This document shows, piece by piece, positions 1 through 9,254 of a stretch of 64,000 nucleotides of DNA (positions are counted from its first letter, which is position 1; every line of letters starts with the position of its first letter). The DNA is from a bacterium. Lineage in GTDB: Bacteria; Sysuimicrobiota; Sysuimicrobiia; Sysuimicrobiales; Segetimicrobiaceae. The translations under genes and the position numbers were made by a program. The notes below the pieces were generated by a model that was not told where the DNA came from, did no database searches, and saw nothing but the letters and a program-made list of their open reading frames with translations. The stretch is from contig DATGJN010000085.1 of assembly GCA_035295165.1 (NCBI GenBank), positions 34,707-98,706 of the forward strand, written 5' to 3'.

Positions 1-672
1 CACGCGGAGGGCCTCCGGCACCGACCAGCCGCCGTTCGGGTCGATCCGGAGCCGGCACGCGGCCCCAAACCGCGCCCGCAGCAGGCGCAGCGCCTCAACT
101 TCCTCTTCGGGCGACAACACGCCGCCTTTGAGCTTGAGCACGCGGAACCCGTAGCGCCGCACGAACTCCTCGGCCTCGGCGACCATCGCCTCAGGAGTGG
201 CCACGGCGTCGCCCCAGCCGTGCATGCCCAACGGGGCGCGGGGCGTTGGCCTCCCGGCGGGTGTGTCCAACCAGTCGTCCGGGGTGGCGAACTTGAAGAA
301 GAGGTACGCCGACATCGGCACGCGATCCCGGACGGCCCCGCCGAGCAGGTCTGCGACGGGACGTCCCACGGCCCGCGCCGCCAGATCGAGGCAGGGCAAC
401 TCAAAAGCGCTCTGCACTCGCGGGCGACCCGGAAAGAGCGTCCGGAGGTGTTCCCGGCGGAAGGGGTCCATGCCGATCAGATGCGCCGCCGCCTCTTCGA
501 GCTCGACCTGCGCCTGCGTGCCGCCGGGCATCTCCCCCAGCCCGGTCAAGCCGTCGTCGCTGCGCACCTGGATGACGTTGCGAAGCGCATACGGCTGATG
601 GCAGCCGATCACGTTCCGCAGCGGGAGATCCGGCACGGCGACCACGGTTACCTTCACAGCGGTGATGCGCAT
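1..672 (-). CDS. enolase-superfamily protein, glucarate dehydratase-related (GudX-like). It is partial because the 3' end runs off the window
   Basis: An open frame runs from an ATG at 670-672 (minus strand) to nt 1. The translation [15 protein letters not shown]...KLKGGV...RIDPNGGW carries the mandelate racemase/muconate-lactonizing motifs also seen in the divergent neighbour. It is absent from the ORF track because there is no stop inside the window. Confidence 0.75.
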   Translation of the reverse strand, partial: MRITAVKVTVVAVPDLPLRNVIGCHQPYALRNVIQVRSDDGLTGLGEMPGGTQAQVELEEAAAHLIGMDPFRREHLRTLFPGRPRVQSAFELPCLDLAARAVGRPVADLLGGAVRDRVPMSAYLFFKFATPDDWLDTPAGRPTPRAPLGMHGWGDAVATPEAMVAEAEEFVRRYGFRVLKLKGGVLSPEEEVEALRLLRARFGAACRLRIDPNGGWSVPEALRV

Positions 673-882
673 GCGTCACCCCTCTCGTGTCGAGGCGGGT
701 GGATCCACCGAGTATTCTACCCGGCCAGCGTCGCGCGCCGCCAGATCGGCAGGTCACCGTCGCGTGTCGACGGAACCTGGCCCCGGGACGAGGTGTGCGG
801 AGTGACCGAGTGGAAGACCTGTACTAGTTCACGTGGGAGCGGGGGCCGGCTCGTTCGGTTGCCGCTTGCGATCGGCAGGAGC

Positions 883-2142
883 ATGAAACCGCCACGAGTC
901 GCGGACATCCGCGCCACCACGGTCACCGTGCCGCTCGAGGCTCCGCTGCTCCACAGCAACGGAGCGCACTGGGGCCGGTTTGTGCGCACCATCGTCGAGG
1001 TCGAATCGGAGAACGGCCTGATCGGCCTTGGAGAACTCGGGGGCGGTGGAGAAAGCGCCGAGCGCGCGCTCGTGGCTCTCAAACCGTATCTCGTCGGCCA
1101 CGACGTGTTCGACCTGGAGGCCCTCCGCTTCAAGATCTGCAATCCGACCGCCAGTCTCTACAACAACCGGACGCAGCTGCATGCCGCGGTCGAATTCGCG
1201 TGCCTCGACATCGCGGGGCAAGCCCTGGACGTGCCCGTCCACGATCTCCTTGGAGGGCGCCTGCGCAACACGATCCCGTTCGCCAGCTACCTGTTCTTCC
1301 GCTATGCGAACCCGGCCATGGGCGTCGGCGAGGTGCGCACCGTCGATCAACTCGTCGCACACGCCCGCGACCTCAGGGACCGACACGGGTTTCGCACGCA
1401 CAAGCTCAAGGGCGGAGTGTATCCGCCGGACTATGAGCTGACGTGTTTCCGCGCCCTGGGGCACGCGTTCCCGGCCGACTCGCTCCGCTATGACCCCAAC
1501 GCCGCCTTGAGCGTCGAAGAGGCCATCCGCTTCGGACTCGCGATCGAGGACCAGCGGAACGATTACTTGGAGGATCCGACCTGGGGCCTGAACGGTCTGC
1601 GCCGCGTCCGCGAGCGCGTCCGCGTGCCGCTTGCGACCAACACCGTGGTGGTCACCTTCGAACAGCTGGCGGCCAACATCCTCCACCCGGCCGTGGACGT
1701 GATCCTGCTCGACACGACGTTTTGGGGAGGCATCCGGCCCTGCATTAAAGCCGCGGGGGTGTGCGAAACGTTCCAGCTCGGGGTCTCGGTGCACTCCTCG
1801 GGGGAGCTCGGCGTCCAGCTCGCCACGATGCTGCACCTCGCCGCGACGATTCCGAACTTTACCTTCGCGGCCGACGCGCACTATCATCACGTCACGGACG
1901 ACATCATCGCCGGAGGCAAGCTCCGGTACCGCGACGGCCACATGACCGTACCGGACGGGCCTGGGCTCGGCGTGCGCCTCGACCGTGAGAAGCTCGGGCG
2001 CTATGCCGCCCTGTACCGAGAGCTCGGCGGCTATCCCTACGATCGCGACCCCGGCAGGCCCGACTGGTATCCCCTCGTCCCGAACACCCGATGGGCGGAT
2101 CCCGGGGTGGCATTGTCTCTCGAGGACCGACCATGCGCCTGA
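883..2142 (+). CDS. gudD: glucarate dehydratase (enolase superfamily)
   Basis: The internal start at 883 ([14 protein letters not shown], preceded by GGCAGGAG) is in frame with ORF 220..2142. The motifs [21 protein letters not shown] and RYDPNAALS match the GudD family. Confidence 0.85.
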   Translation: MKPPRVADIRATTVTVPLEAPLLHSNGAHWGRFVRTIVEVESENGLIGLGELGGGGESAERALVALKPYLVGHDVFDLEALRFKICNPTASLYNNRTQLHAAVEFACLDIAGQALDVPVHDLLGGRLRNTIPFASYLFFRYANPAMGVGEVRTVDQLVAHARDLRDRHGFRTHKLKGGVYPPDYELTCFRALGHAFPADSLRYDPNAALSVEEAIRFGLAIEDQRNDYLEDPTWGLNGLRRVRERVRVPLATNTVVVTFEQLAANILHPAVDVILLDTTFWGGIRPCIKAAGVCETFQLGVSVHSSGELGVQLATMLHLAATIPNFTFAADAHYHHVTDDIIAGGKLRYRDGHMTVPDGPGLGVRLDREKLGRYAALYRELGGYPYDRDPGRPDWYPLVPNTRWADPGVALSLEDRPCA

Positions 2143-2168
2143 CCCTGGGAGGCGCGGGCCCGATGCGC

Positions 2169-3365
2169 CTACCGGCGCAGCTCGACGCGGCGTCCTTCCG
2201 CCGCCGATAGATATCCCGCGTAGACGGTTTCCACGACGTCCCGCCCCAGCCGGCCGTCGGCCCGCGGTGTGCGCCCCGTGGCGACGCACTCCACAAAGTC
2301 CTGAAGCGCGTGGACGTGGCCCTGCGCCCAGTCCTCATCCGGTGCCGGGGAGCTCCAGCCGGCCTTCGTCTCAAGCTTCTCCATGAGGTACTCGCGCTCA
2401 AAGACCCCCGGGCTCGGCGCAAACGCCTGCACCAGGCCGGTGTGTTCCATGTTGCACTTGATGTGCGCGTTCGAGAGGAAGATCTGCAGGCTGCTCTCCA
2501 TCCCGCCCAGCACCGACTCCGACGCCCACACGATGCCCCGGCTGCCGTCCTCGAAGGTGATGATCAGCGCCCCCCAACTCTCGACGTCGACCCACCCCTC
2601 GCCGACCCAACGCTGCGGTTGTTCCCGAAATCCGCGCGTCTCGGTCAAATCGCCGACCTCCGCCACGACGGCGCGCGGCCGAATCGCGCCGCCGAAGCGC
2701 CGGATGCCCTCCTGCCGCTTCAAGTACAGCATCGCCCCGACCGGATGCACGCCCAGTTGGAACAACGCCCCGCCCCCGGCGTATCGCCACTCCCGCGAAT
2801 ATGGGGAGTGCGACCCGCTGTGGCACTCGCCGCCGCGCATTTCCAAGATCACGCCGTCCGACGCGGCCATCAACCGATCGGCCTTCACAATCGACGGGGC
2901 GTACACCCAGTTCTCAGCGTACATCAGGTGCACGCGGGCCCGCTCCGCCGCCGCGACCATCGCGTCCGCGCTTTCCACGGCCGCCTGCAGCATCGTGGTG
3001 CGCGACACGCTCCGCGCGTCGGCGTCCGGCGCCAGCTGATCCCCGCTGAACGCGGTCAGCGGCTTCGCGCAGATCACATGCTTGCCGGCCGCCGCGGCCC
3101 GCTCGGCCATCGGCCGGTGCAGATGGTTCGGCACGCACAGGTCCACGACGTCGACGTCGGGCCGCCCAAGCACGTCGTCGTAGTCGTCACACACGTCGGG
3201 AACGCCGTGCTTCCGCGCGTAGCTCACGGCCCGGTCCTTGGATCGGCTCACGACGGCCAGGATGCGCACGTCGTGCCCCGTCACGGACGCGTACGATCGG
3301 GCGCGCGTCTCGGCGAGGAACCCTGCGCCGATCATCGCGACGTTCACCTGGGGTTTCTTGGCCAT
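2169..3365 (-). CDS. Gfo/Idh/MocA family NAD(P)-dependent oxidoreductase
   Basis: A 398-aa ORF. It has the N-terminal Rossmann fold VAMIGAGF and the typical Gfo/Idh/MocA alpha/beta C-terminal domain. Confidence 0.85.
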   Translation of the reverse strand: MAKKPQVNVAMIGAGFLAETRARSYASVTGHDVRILAVVSRSKDRAVSYARKHGVPDVCDDYDDVLGRPDVDVVDLCVPNHLHRPMAERAAAAGKHVICAKPLTAFSGDQLAPDADARSVSRTTMLQAAVESADAMVAAAERARVHLMYAENWVYAPSIVKADRLMAASDGVILEMRGGECHSGSHSPYSREWRYAGGGALFQLGVHPVGAMLYLKRQEGIRRFGGAIRPRAVVAEVGDLTETRGFREQPQRWVGEGWVDVESWGALIITFEDGSRGIVWASESVLGGMESSLQIFLSNAHIKCNMEHTGLVQAFAPSPGVFEREYLMEKLETKAGWSSPAPDEDWAQGHVHALQDFVECVATGRTPRADGRLGRDVVETVYAGYLSAAEGRRVELRR

Positions 3366-3446
3366 CGGTCACCTCGCCCTCTCGACTCGCCGCATCCGGC
3401 GGCCCCCGTCCGCGCGATCGCCTTCGCACCGCCGCCGACCGGACCG

Positions 3447-3929
3447 CTATCGGTCAACGGGGGCAAACGTTTTGATGAAGTTGATGACATGCCACCGGTC
3501 CGCGTCCGCGATCTTGTCCTTGAATCCCGGCATCGGCGTGCCGGGCATGCCGTCCGTAATCCAGAAGTACAGCCGCCCGTCGGGGTGCGTATGTCCCGAA
3601 CCGAAATGCGCCCAGAAGTCGATCGGGCGCGGGAACAATCCGGCGGCGTCCGGTCCGTCTCCGCGGCCGTCCACCCCGTGGCAGACCTGGCAGTACGCAC
3701 GGTAGACCCGCTCGCCGGCCGCCAGCGATGCCGGCGTCGGAGGAAACGGATTACGTCGGGCGTCAATGGCGTCGGGTGCGGGGGGCGCCGACACCAGGGC
3801 CCGTGTAGCCATGATCGCAGCCAGCCCCACGGCCGCGAGTGCGACACCAAGCAGGAGCGTTCTTCGGTCCGGGATGGGCCGCACCTTGACGATCGACCTG
3901 AACTCTTGCGCGCACGCGGTACGCTCCAA
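3447..3929 (-). CDS. class I c-type cytochrome with N-terminal membrane anchor
   Basis: It has the heme-binding motif CQVCH, a downstream Met ligand region (GMPGTPMPGF) and an N-terminal hydrophobic helix. It lies immediately upstream of, and is co-oriented with, the Gfo/Idh gene. Confidence 0.8.
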   Translation of the reverse strand: MERTACAQEFRSIVKVRPIPDRRTLLLGVALAAVGLAAIMATRALVSAPPAPDAIDARRNPFPPTPASLAAGERVYRAYCQVCHGVDGRGDGPDAAGLFPRPIDFWAHFGSGHTHPDGRLYFWITDGMPGTPMPGFKDKIADADRWHVINFIKTFAPVDR

Positions 3930-4113
3930 GCTCTACGACGTCATCCGCACCGTTCCCTCGGGCTTGCACGTCGCGTCGTTCGCCCCCGCGTCCCGCCGGG
4001 CCGCGACAGGTCGTGTAGGAGCCCAGCGTGCGGTATGGAACAGTACGGCTGGACGGTCGCGGTGGCAACGGCGCATGGGTCGACCGCCGACGCGTTGGAA
4101 GGAGGCTCGGGCT

Positions 4114-4497
4114 ATGGGACGGGAGAGCATATCGGTCAGCGGGGTACACAAGACGACCGGATATTCGCACGCGGCCAAGGCCGGCGGCTTTGTCTTTGCC
4201 GCAGGACAGATCGCCCAGGATGTGAACGGAAACCTCGTGGGCAAGGGAGACATCGAGGTGCAGGCCGTCCAGATCTTCGAGAACCTCAAGGCCGTGCTGG
4301 CGTCGGCGGGAGCGACGCTCGATGACGTCGTGAAGCTCACGACGTATACGACGAGCGTCACTTACCGAGCAAAGATCGCGGAGGTGCGGGCGCGGTACTA
4401 CCATACGTACTCCCCGCCCAACACGTTCCTCGTGGTGGCAAGCTTGGCCATGCCAGAGTACCTGTTGGAGATCGAAGCCGTGGCCGCCCTGCGCTGA
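4114..4497 (+). CDS. ridA: RidA/YjgF family reactive-intermediate deaminase
   Basis: Internal ATG at 4114 preceded by GGAAGGAGG; 127 aa. The sequence contains GYSHAAKAGGFVFAAGQIA...VKLTTY...PARSAV-like motifs of the YjgF/RidA fold. Confidence 0.85.
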   Translation: MGRESISVSGVHKTTGYSHAAKAGGFVFAAGQIAQDVNGNLVGKGDIEVQAVQIFENLKAVLASAGATLDDVVKLTTYTTSVTYRAKIAEVRARYYHTYSPPNTFLVVASLAMPEYLLEIEAVAALR

Positions 4498-4609
4498 CGG
4501 CCCGGGTCGGGTGTCGGCGACGTACCGGCATCGGGCGCAGGGACTGCGAGCGCGTCTCTGGCACAACCCACCGGATCCCGTCGGGGCGGCACGCCAGGGG
4601 GGGCCTGGG

Positions 4610-5524
4610 CTAGCGGATGCCGGAGGGGCTGGCCGTGAGTCCCCAGCGAGTCGCCACCGACTCGCCGGGGCGCAGTACACGCACTCCGGTCCCGGTCCGA
4701 AACGCGTCAGGCGGGCACGTCATCGGCTCGACGGCGAGGCCCCGCCGGCGCTCGGCCGGGTCGGGGAGCGGATCGCCCGTGAAGAGCATCACGTGAGTAT
4801 ACCCCTCGTCGACCCACAGGACGGTGTCCTCGAAACGGATGCGCGCCCGTCCATCCGCGTCGCACCCCAGGCCGAAGTAGCAGTCATCGAGCTGCAGATC
4901 GCCGATCAGACGCGAGCGGCGCAAGTCATACGCGGTGCGGTCGACGGCCTCGGTGTCCCCCGTCGGCAGCCCAGGCGGGCCGATCAGCAGCCGCCGCGTC
5001 GCCGGCACGAGCAGGGTCGCCTCGTTCACCCCACCGCAGCGGCCCGCCAGGTAGGGATGGTGCCCCGCCCCATAGGGCCGCGCGCTCGCGCCGTCGTTTC
5101 GGGCGGTCGTCTCTGCCGAGAGCCCCGCGGCGGACAGCTCGTAGGAGACTTGGAGCGTCAACATAAAGGGATATCCCGGCTGGGGATAGATCGTCGTGCC
5201 GAGAACCACCCGCGACGCGGTGTGCGCGATCGCACACCACGGGACCCAGGCGGTGAGCCCGTGGATCGCACTGTGCTCGCTCACGCGATTGATCGGGAGC
5301 TGATGCTCCTCCCCATCGAACCGGTAGCGGCCGTCCCGGATGCGGTTCGGCCAAGGCAGCAGCGGCAGACCCCGGCTCCCGGTGACGACGTCGTGCTCGG
5401 CATATCCATCGAGGATGGAACGCCCGTCGGCGCTGTACTTCCGCAGTCCGCCGCCGAGCTCGACGGCCACGGCTGCGTGGCGGTCAAACCGGTTGCGGTA
5501 CTGCCGTCCGGTGGGAAGCCGCAT
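4610..5524 (-). CDS. aldose 1-epimerase family protein
   Basis: The internal start MRLPTGRQYRNRF is 12 nt downstream of the upstream gene's stop. The translation has galactose-mutarotase-like sequence and conserved His/Glu-containing blocks. Confidence 0.75.
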   Translation of the reverse strand: MRLPTGRQYRNRFDRHAAVAVELGGGLRKYSADGRSILDGYAEHDVVTGSRGLPLLPWPNRIRDGRYRFDGEEHQLPINRVSEHSAIHGLTAWVPWCAIAHTASRVVLGTTIYPQPGYPFMLTLQVSYELSAAGLSAETTARNDGASARPYGAGHHPYLAGRCGGVNEATLLVPATRRLLIGPPGLPTGDTEAVDRTAYDLRRSRLIGDLQLDDCYFGLGCDADGRARIRFEDTVLWVDEGYTHVMLFTGDPLPDPAERRRGLAVEPMTCPPDAFRTGTGVRVLRPGESVATRWGLTASPSGIR

Positions 5525-5535
5525 GTCGCGGGGCG

Positions 5536-6042
5536 CTAGACGAAGGGCTGCTCGAAGCGCCCGCGATGCGCGACCTCCGAGAGCGGCTTGCGCTGCTTCT
5601 TGCCCAGACCGCGGCGCTGCGCCGGGTAGCCAAACGGAACGATCGCCAACACGTCCAGGGCATCGGGGATGCCGAGGAGCGGCTTCACCTCGGTCAACCC
5701 CAGAAAGCCCACCCAGTTGGAACCGACCCCCGCCGCCCATGCCGTGAGGACCATCGATTGAATCGCGCGGCTCCCGTCCGAGACCGCGAATCTCGTCTTC
5801 TCGATCGCCACGACAATCGCGAGCGGCGTCTGTGCGACGTACGGCCCGCTTCGCGCCAATGCGCCCAACTGGCGGAGCACCTCCCGGTCCTCGACGACGA
5901 TGAAGTGCCAGGGCTGCCCGTTCATGCTGCTCGCCGTCAGCCGCCCGGCTTCGACGATCTGCCGGACGATCTCCGGCGGCACCGGCCGGTCTTGGTAGGC
6001 ACGCACGGCCAGCACGGTGCGAACCGCGTCAAAGACGTCCAT
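5536..6042 (-). CDS. nitroreductase family protein
   Basis: From the internal start MDVFDAVRTVLAVRAY, 169 aa, with NADH-oxidase/flavin-reductase-like nitroreductase-fold blocks (PSSMNGQPWHFIVV). Confidence 0.8.
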   Translation of the reverse strand: MDVFDAVRTVLAVRAYQDRPVPPEIVRQIVEAGRLTASSMNGQPWHFIVVEDREVLRQLGALARSGPYVAQTPLAIVVAIEKTRFAVSDGSRAIQSMVLTAWAAGVGSNWVGFLGLTEVKPLLGIPDALDVLAIVPFGYPAQRRGLGKKQRKPLSEVAHRGRFEQPFV

Positions 6043-6113
6043 CGCCCGCCTCCCCCAGAACTTCCGCCACGGGCCATCCGAGCGGTCGGCGGCCCGTTTC
6101 GTTCCTGCGCCTC

Positions 6114-6722
6114 TCAGCCCCCGTGGCGCTCCGCCTTGTCCTGCCTCACCCGCAGCGCCCAATGTCTGCGTTCTTCCCGGACGAAGCCCCACGTCTGTAC
6201 GAGCGCCCATGCCTCGGCTTCCTGGGCCTCGTAGTCGTTCATCCGGCCGACGTGGTGCGCCAGCGCGATGTGCGCGAGCTCATGGGCGACCTCCGCGACG
6301 ACAATCGCGTCGGCTGCACGCTCCAGCATCGGCGACAGGTACAGCATTCGGGCGTGAGGGGCCCGCGGCAACACGATCTCGTCCGGCGGGTGTACGGTGA
6401 CTGGAAACGGCCACAACCCAGCTCGCATCAACGGATGGGGGATGAACCACGAAAACGAGTCTTCGTCGGACGCCGCTTGTTGGAGCAACCGTTCGTACCA
6501 GTCGTCAGGAAGTCGCCGGAGCACCTCTGCGATCGCCCGGCATCGCCGGTTCGCGTCCGGACCGCTGAATCCGCTCTCCGTAGTCGGCCAGAGCGCCGTC
6601 CAAAGGACGGTCTCGAGCGCCCGGTGGTAGGTGGGGCCTGTCCTGGCAACGCGCTCCCGCATCGCGACCCTGCCCTTCTCCGGGTTCCATTCTAGATCGG
6701 ATCGTTCATCCATCGCATTCAC
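6114..6722 (-). CDS. hypothetical protein with HExxH metallopeptidase-like motif
   Basis: A 202-aa ORF containing AEVAHELAHIALAHH (HExxH plus a downstream His), reminiscent of ImmA/IrrE-type zinc peptidases. No other domain was recognised. Confidence 0.5.
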   Translation of the reverse strand: MNAMDERSDLEWNPEKGRVAMRERVARTGPTYHRALETVLWTALWPTTESGFSGPDANRRCRAIAEVLRRLPDDWYERLLQQAASDEDSFSWFIPHPLMRAGLWPFPVTVHPPDEIVLPRAPHARMLYLSPMLERAADAIVVAEVAHELAHIALAHHVGRMNDYEAQEAEAWALVQTWGFVREERRHWALRVRQDKAERHGG

Positions 6723-7035
6723 CTCGCTCCATCACAATCCCCCTCACCCGCCGTCCGCGACCTGGGACGCGCATATCTACTATGCTCAGGGCAATCTATG
6801 GGAGTTTCTCACCCCCTGCGATGCCGATGAGGTCCAGTCTATGACATTCACAGAACGATTCTGCGCCGGTGTGCCCAACCAACCCCCGTTTCGGTCCCCT
6901 CGGATGAAGGATTTCGCATCCTCGGAGTGAGGATTCCGGGCTCGCGGGTGCTGGCAGGGGACGTCTCGGAACACAGCTAAGAGTCCGAGCGATCGCCCGC
7001 CGCCGTCAGGTCACGGCCGGGCAAAAGGGGCCGCC

Positions 7036-8040
7036 ATGGAACAGCGCCTGCTCGGAAAGACAGGCCTCCGCGTCTCCGCCCTCGGCTTCGGTGCCGGCGC
7101 AGTCGGAGGCCTGTTGGTGCGCGGCGAACGCGCAGACCAGACGCGGGCCGTCGCGCGAGCGCTCGATGCGGGCATCACGTACTTCGATACGGCGCCGAGC
7201 TACGGCGACGGACGCTCGGAGGAGAATCTCGGCGCGATCCTCGGCGAACTACGCGCGTGGCGCCGCGTCGCGGTCGGCACAAAAGTCCGCCTGCAGCCGG
7301 CTGACCTCGCCGATCCGGCTGCGGCCATCAGGCGCTCGTGCGAGGCCAGTCTGCGCAGGCTGGGGTGCGATGCCGTCGACCTGCTGCAGCTTCACAATCC
7401 CATCGCCAGCAGCGCCGCCGACAACACGGTCACCGGCAGCAGCCGCCCGGTTCCGCTGGACGTGGTCACCGGTGCCGTTGCCGAGGGGATGCGCGACGTT
7501 GTGGCACAGGGGCTCGCCCGACACGCGGGTTGCACTGGCCTCGGCGACGCGCGCGCCCTGCACGCGCTCGTCGCGAGCGGCGCGTTCGCCACCGTTCAGA
7601 CCTACTTCAACGCGATCAACCCGAGCGCCGGCGTCGCGGGCGCCGCCGGCGGCGAGCAGGACTTCGCGGGACTGATCGGCGCCGCCGCGACCGCGGGCCT
7701 CGGGGTCGTTGCGATCCGCGTCATGGCCGCAGGCGCCCTGCTCGCGCGGCCGCAGCGACACCGAAACGCCGGGGATCCCGGCGCGCTGCTGGTCGACGGC
7801 GCGCGGTACAACCGCGACCTCGAACGTGCCCGCGAGATACAAGCGATCGCCGCTGAGCTCACCTACGACGGCCCGCTCGAACTCGCGCTGCGATTCGTCC
7901 TCGCCGCACCCGGGATCTCGACGGCGTTGGTGGGGTTCTCGAGCCCCGAACAGCTCGACGACGCGCTGCGCTGGACCCGCCGTGGTCCTCTTCCTCGGGC
8001 CGCGATCGACCGTGTTGTAGATCTGGCCCGCCGCCCGTGA
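7036..8040 (+). CDS. aldo/keto reductase
   Basis: The 334-aa ORF begins LGKTGLRVSALGFGAG and has the AKR signatures ITYFDTAPSYGDGRSEENLG. Confidence 0.9.
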   Translation: MEQRLLGKTGLRVSALGFGAGAVGGLLVRGERADQTRAVARALDAGITYFDTAPSYGDGRSEENLGAILGELRAWRRVAVGTKVRLQPADLADPAAAIRRSCEASLRRLGCDAVDLLQLHNPIASSAADNTVTGSSRPVPLDVVTGAVAEGMRDVVAQGLARHAGCTGLGDARALHALVASGAFATVQTYFNAINPSAGVAGAAGGEQDFAGLIGAAATAGLGVVAIRVMAAGALLARPQRHRNAGDPGALLVDGARYNRDLERAREIQAIAAELTYDGPLELALRFVLAAPGISTALVGFSSPEQLDDALRWTRRGPLPRAAIDRVVDLARRP

Positions 8041-8176
8041 AGGCCGGAGAGAACCCTCCCAGATCCGCGCGTTGGAATGCCGGGCCGCAGCGCGCTGCGG
8101 CCCGGCACCTTGTCCTGCGCAGGTGACGAACCGCGCCCGACCCGCGACCGCGGTGCCTGTGCGGTCACCGACGACG

Positions 8177-8627
8177 CCACTTGGACGTTGCCCGTGGTCG
8201 GCTTGGCGCGTTCCGTCTTCGGGTTCGTCACCTCGAGCACGCCGTCCTTGTGGACGGCCTTCGCCCCCTCGCCCTTGACCTCGCTCGGCAGCCTGCGCGT
8301 GAAGGTGCCGGCCCGAACCTCCCGGCGGTGATACGTATCCGTCGGTTCACATTCCGCCCAGCTCGCCGTGGATGGTGATGGTGCCGCTCGTCACTTGATG
8401 TTGAGGTTCTTCGGATCGATGTTCGGGAGTTCGGCTCTGACCACGACGTCGTTCTCCGTCTCGAACACGTCGACCACCGGCTCCCAGATCATCGCCGTCA
8501 TGCCCACGCGCTCCGCCCGAACGCGGCGCGTGGCGTAGAATTCATCGAGGAGCCGGTTCACGGACCACCGCAGCGGGGCCTTCACGGCCGTTGACGGGAT
8601 CCACGGATGCGGGGCTTCCGACCCCAT
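8177..8627 (-). pseudogene. Hsp20/alpha-crystallin small heat-shock protein gene disrupted by an in-frame TGA and a local double frameshift
   Basis: The N-terminal part (WEPVVDVFETENDVVVRAELPNIDPKNLNIK) stops at a TGA. The next block, VTSGTITIHGELGG, is encoded in the -1 frame. The C-terminal block YHRREVRAGTFTRRLPSEV...DGVLEVTNPKTERAKP is back in the original frame. It then continues as a long tail overlapping the AKR gene. Confidence 0.6.
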
Positions 8628-9254
8628 GCTTGGCCGGGCAACACCCGTTGCCCGATCCCTACTTCCCGTGCCCTCCGACGCCAATTCCCCTCCACCGTGG
8701 TGGGCGAGGCGCTCGCGATGATCGTCGGCACGATCGCCGGCGGAGCCGAGGTCAGTTCGCGGGACGAGTGCCAGGAGAGATTCCTCCTGGCTGCGCGGGA
8801 ATCGGAAATCGAGTGGGCGGACGCTCGGGATCGATCCGACCGCGTGCACTAAGAGCGCACCCGCACACCACTGGCTCGACGCGCCGCCGTGTCTGTCGCC
8901 CGCTGCAATCCAATCACCAGTGCCGCGCCGGGAGAAATGGCCGAAGAGCCTAGTCCTTTCGCATGAGTGGTCCGGTGACGACGCACCACCGGCTGGGAAC
9001 TAAATGCTGGGGAGCAGATTCGACGGTGACAGCCGGATGGTGATTGAGACCGATGCGAGGATCGCTCCGAAGCGGTGTTCGATGAGCAGCTCCCCATCTC
9101 TGCGTGGACGTCCGTTCCGCGCTCAACCTGCGGAGCGATCCCCCCCGCTCGAACCTCGCGGCGCCCGGCGCACGCCGGAGACGCCCCATCCCATCAGCTA
9201 GGCTAGGCGCGACAAATCGGCAGCAGGTTCCAGAACCAAAAGGAGGCGATGTAG

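Noticed and set aside
829-2289. 486-aa minus-strand ORF
   Set aside because: Antisense to the glucarate dehydratase gene. It is Arg/Gly/Pro-rich with typical high-GC shadow-ORF composition and has no homology signal.
2310-4325. 671-aa plus-strand ORF
   Set aside because: It runs antisense across the Gfo/Idh and cytochrome c genes. Its composition is Arg/Pro/His-rich and it has no domain blocks, so it is an artefact of high GC.
3763-4680. 305-aa minus-strand ORF overlapping RidA
   Set aside because: RidA on the plus strand has a clear SD, conserved motifs and the expected length. The minus-strand ORF is Arg-rich and junk-like.
8851-8870. Possible CIRCE/HAIR-like heat-shock operator (gtgcactaagagcgcac) upstream of the Hsp20 ORF
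   Set aside because: It is only a partial palindrome and a poor match to either consensus. The true Hsp20 start is probably about 220 nt further downstream, which would place this inside the leader rather than at a promoter.
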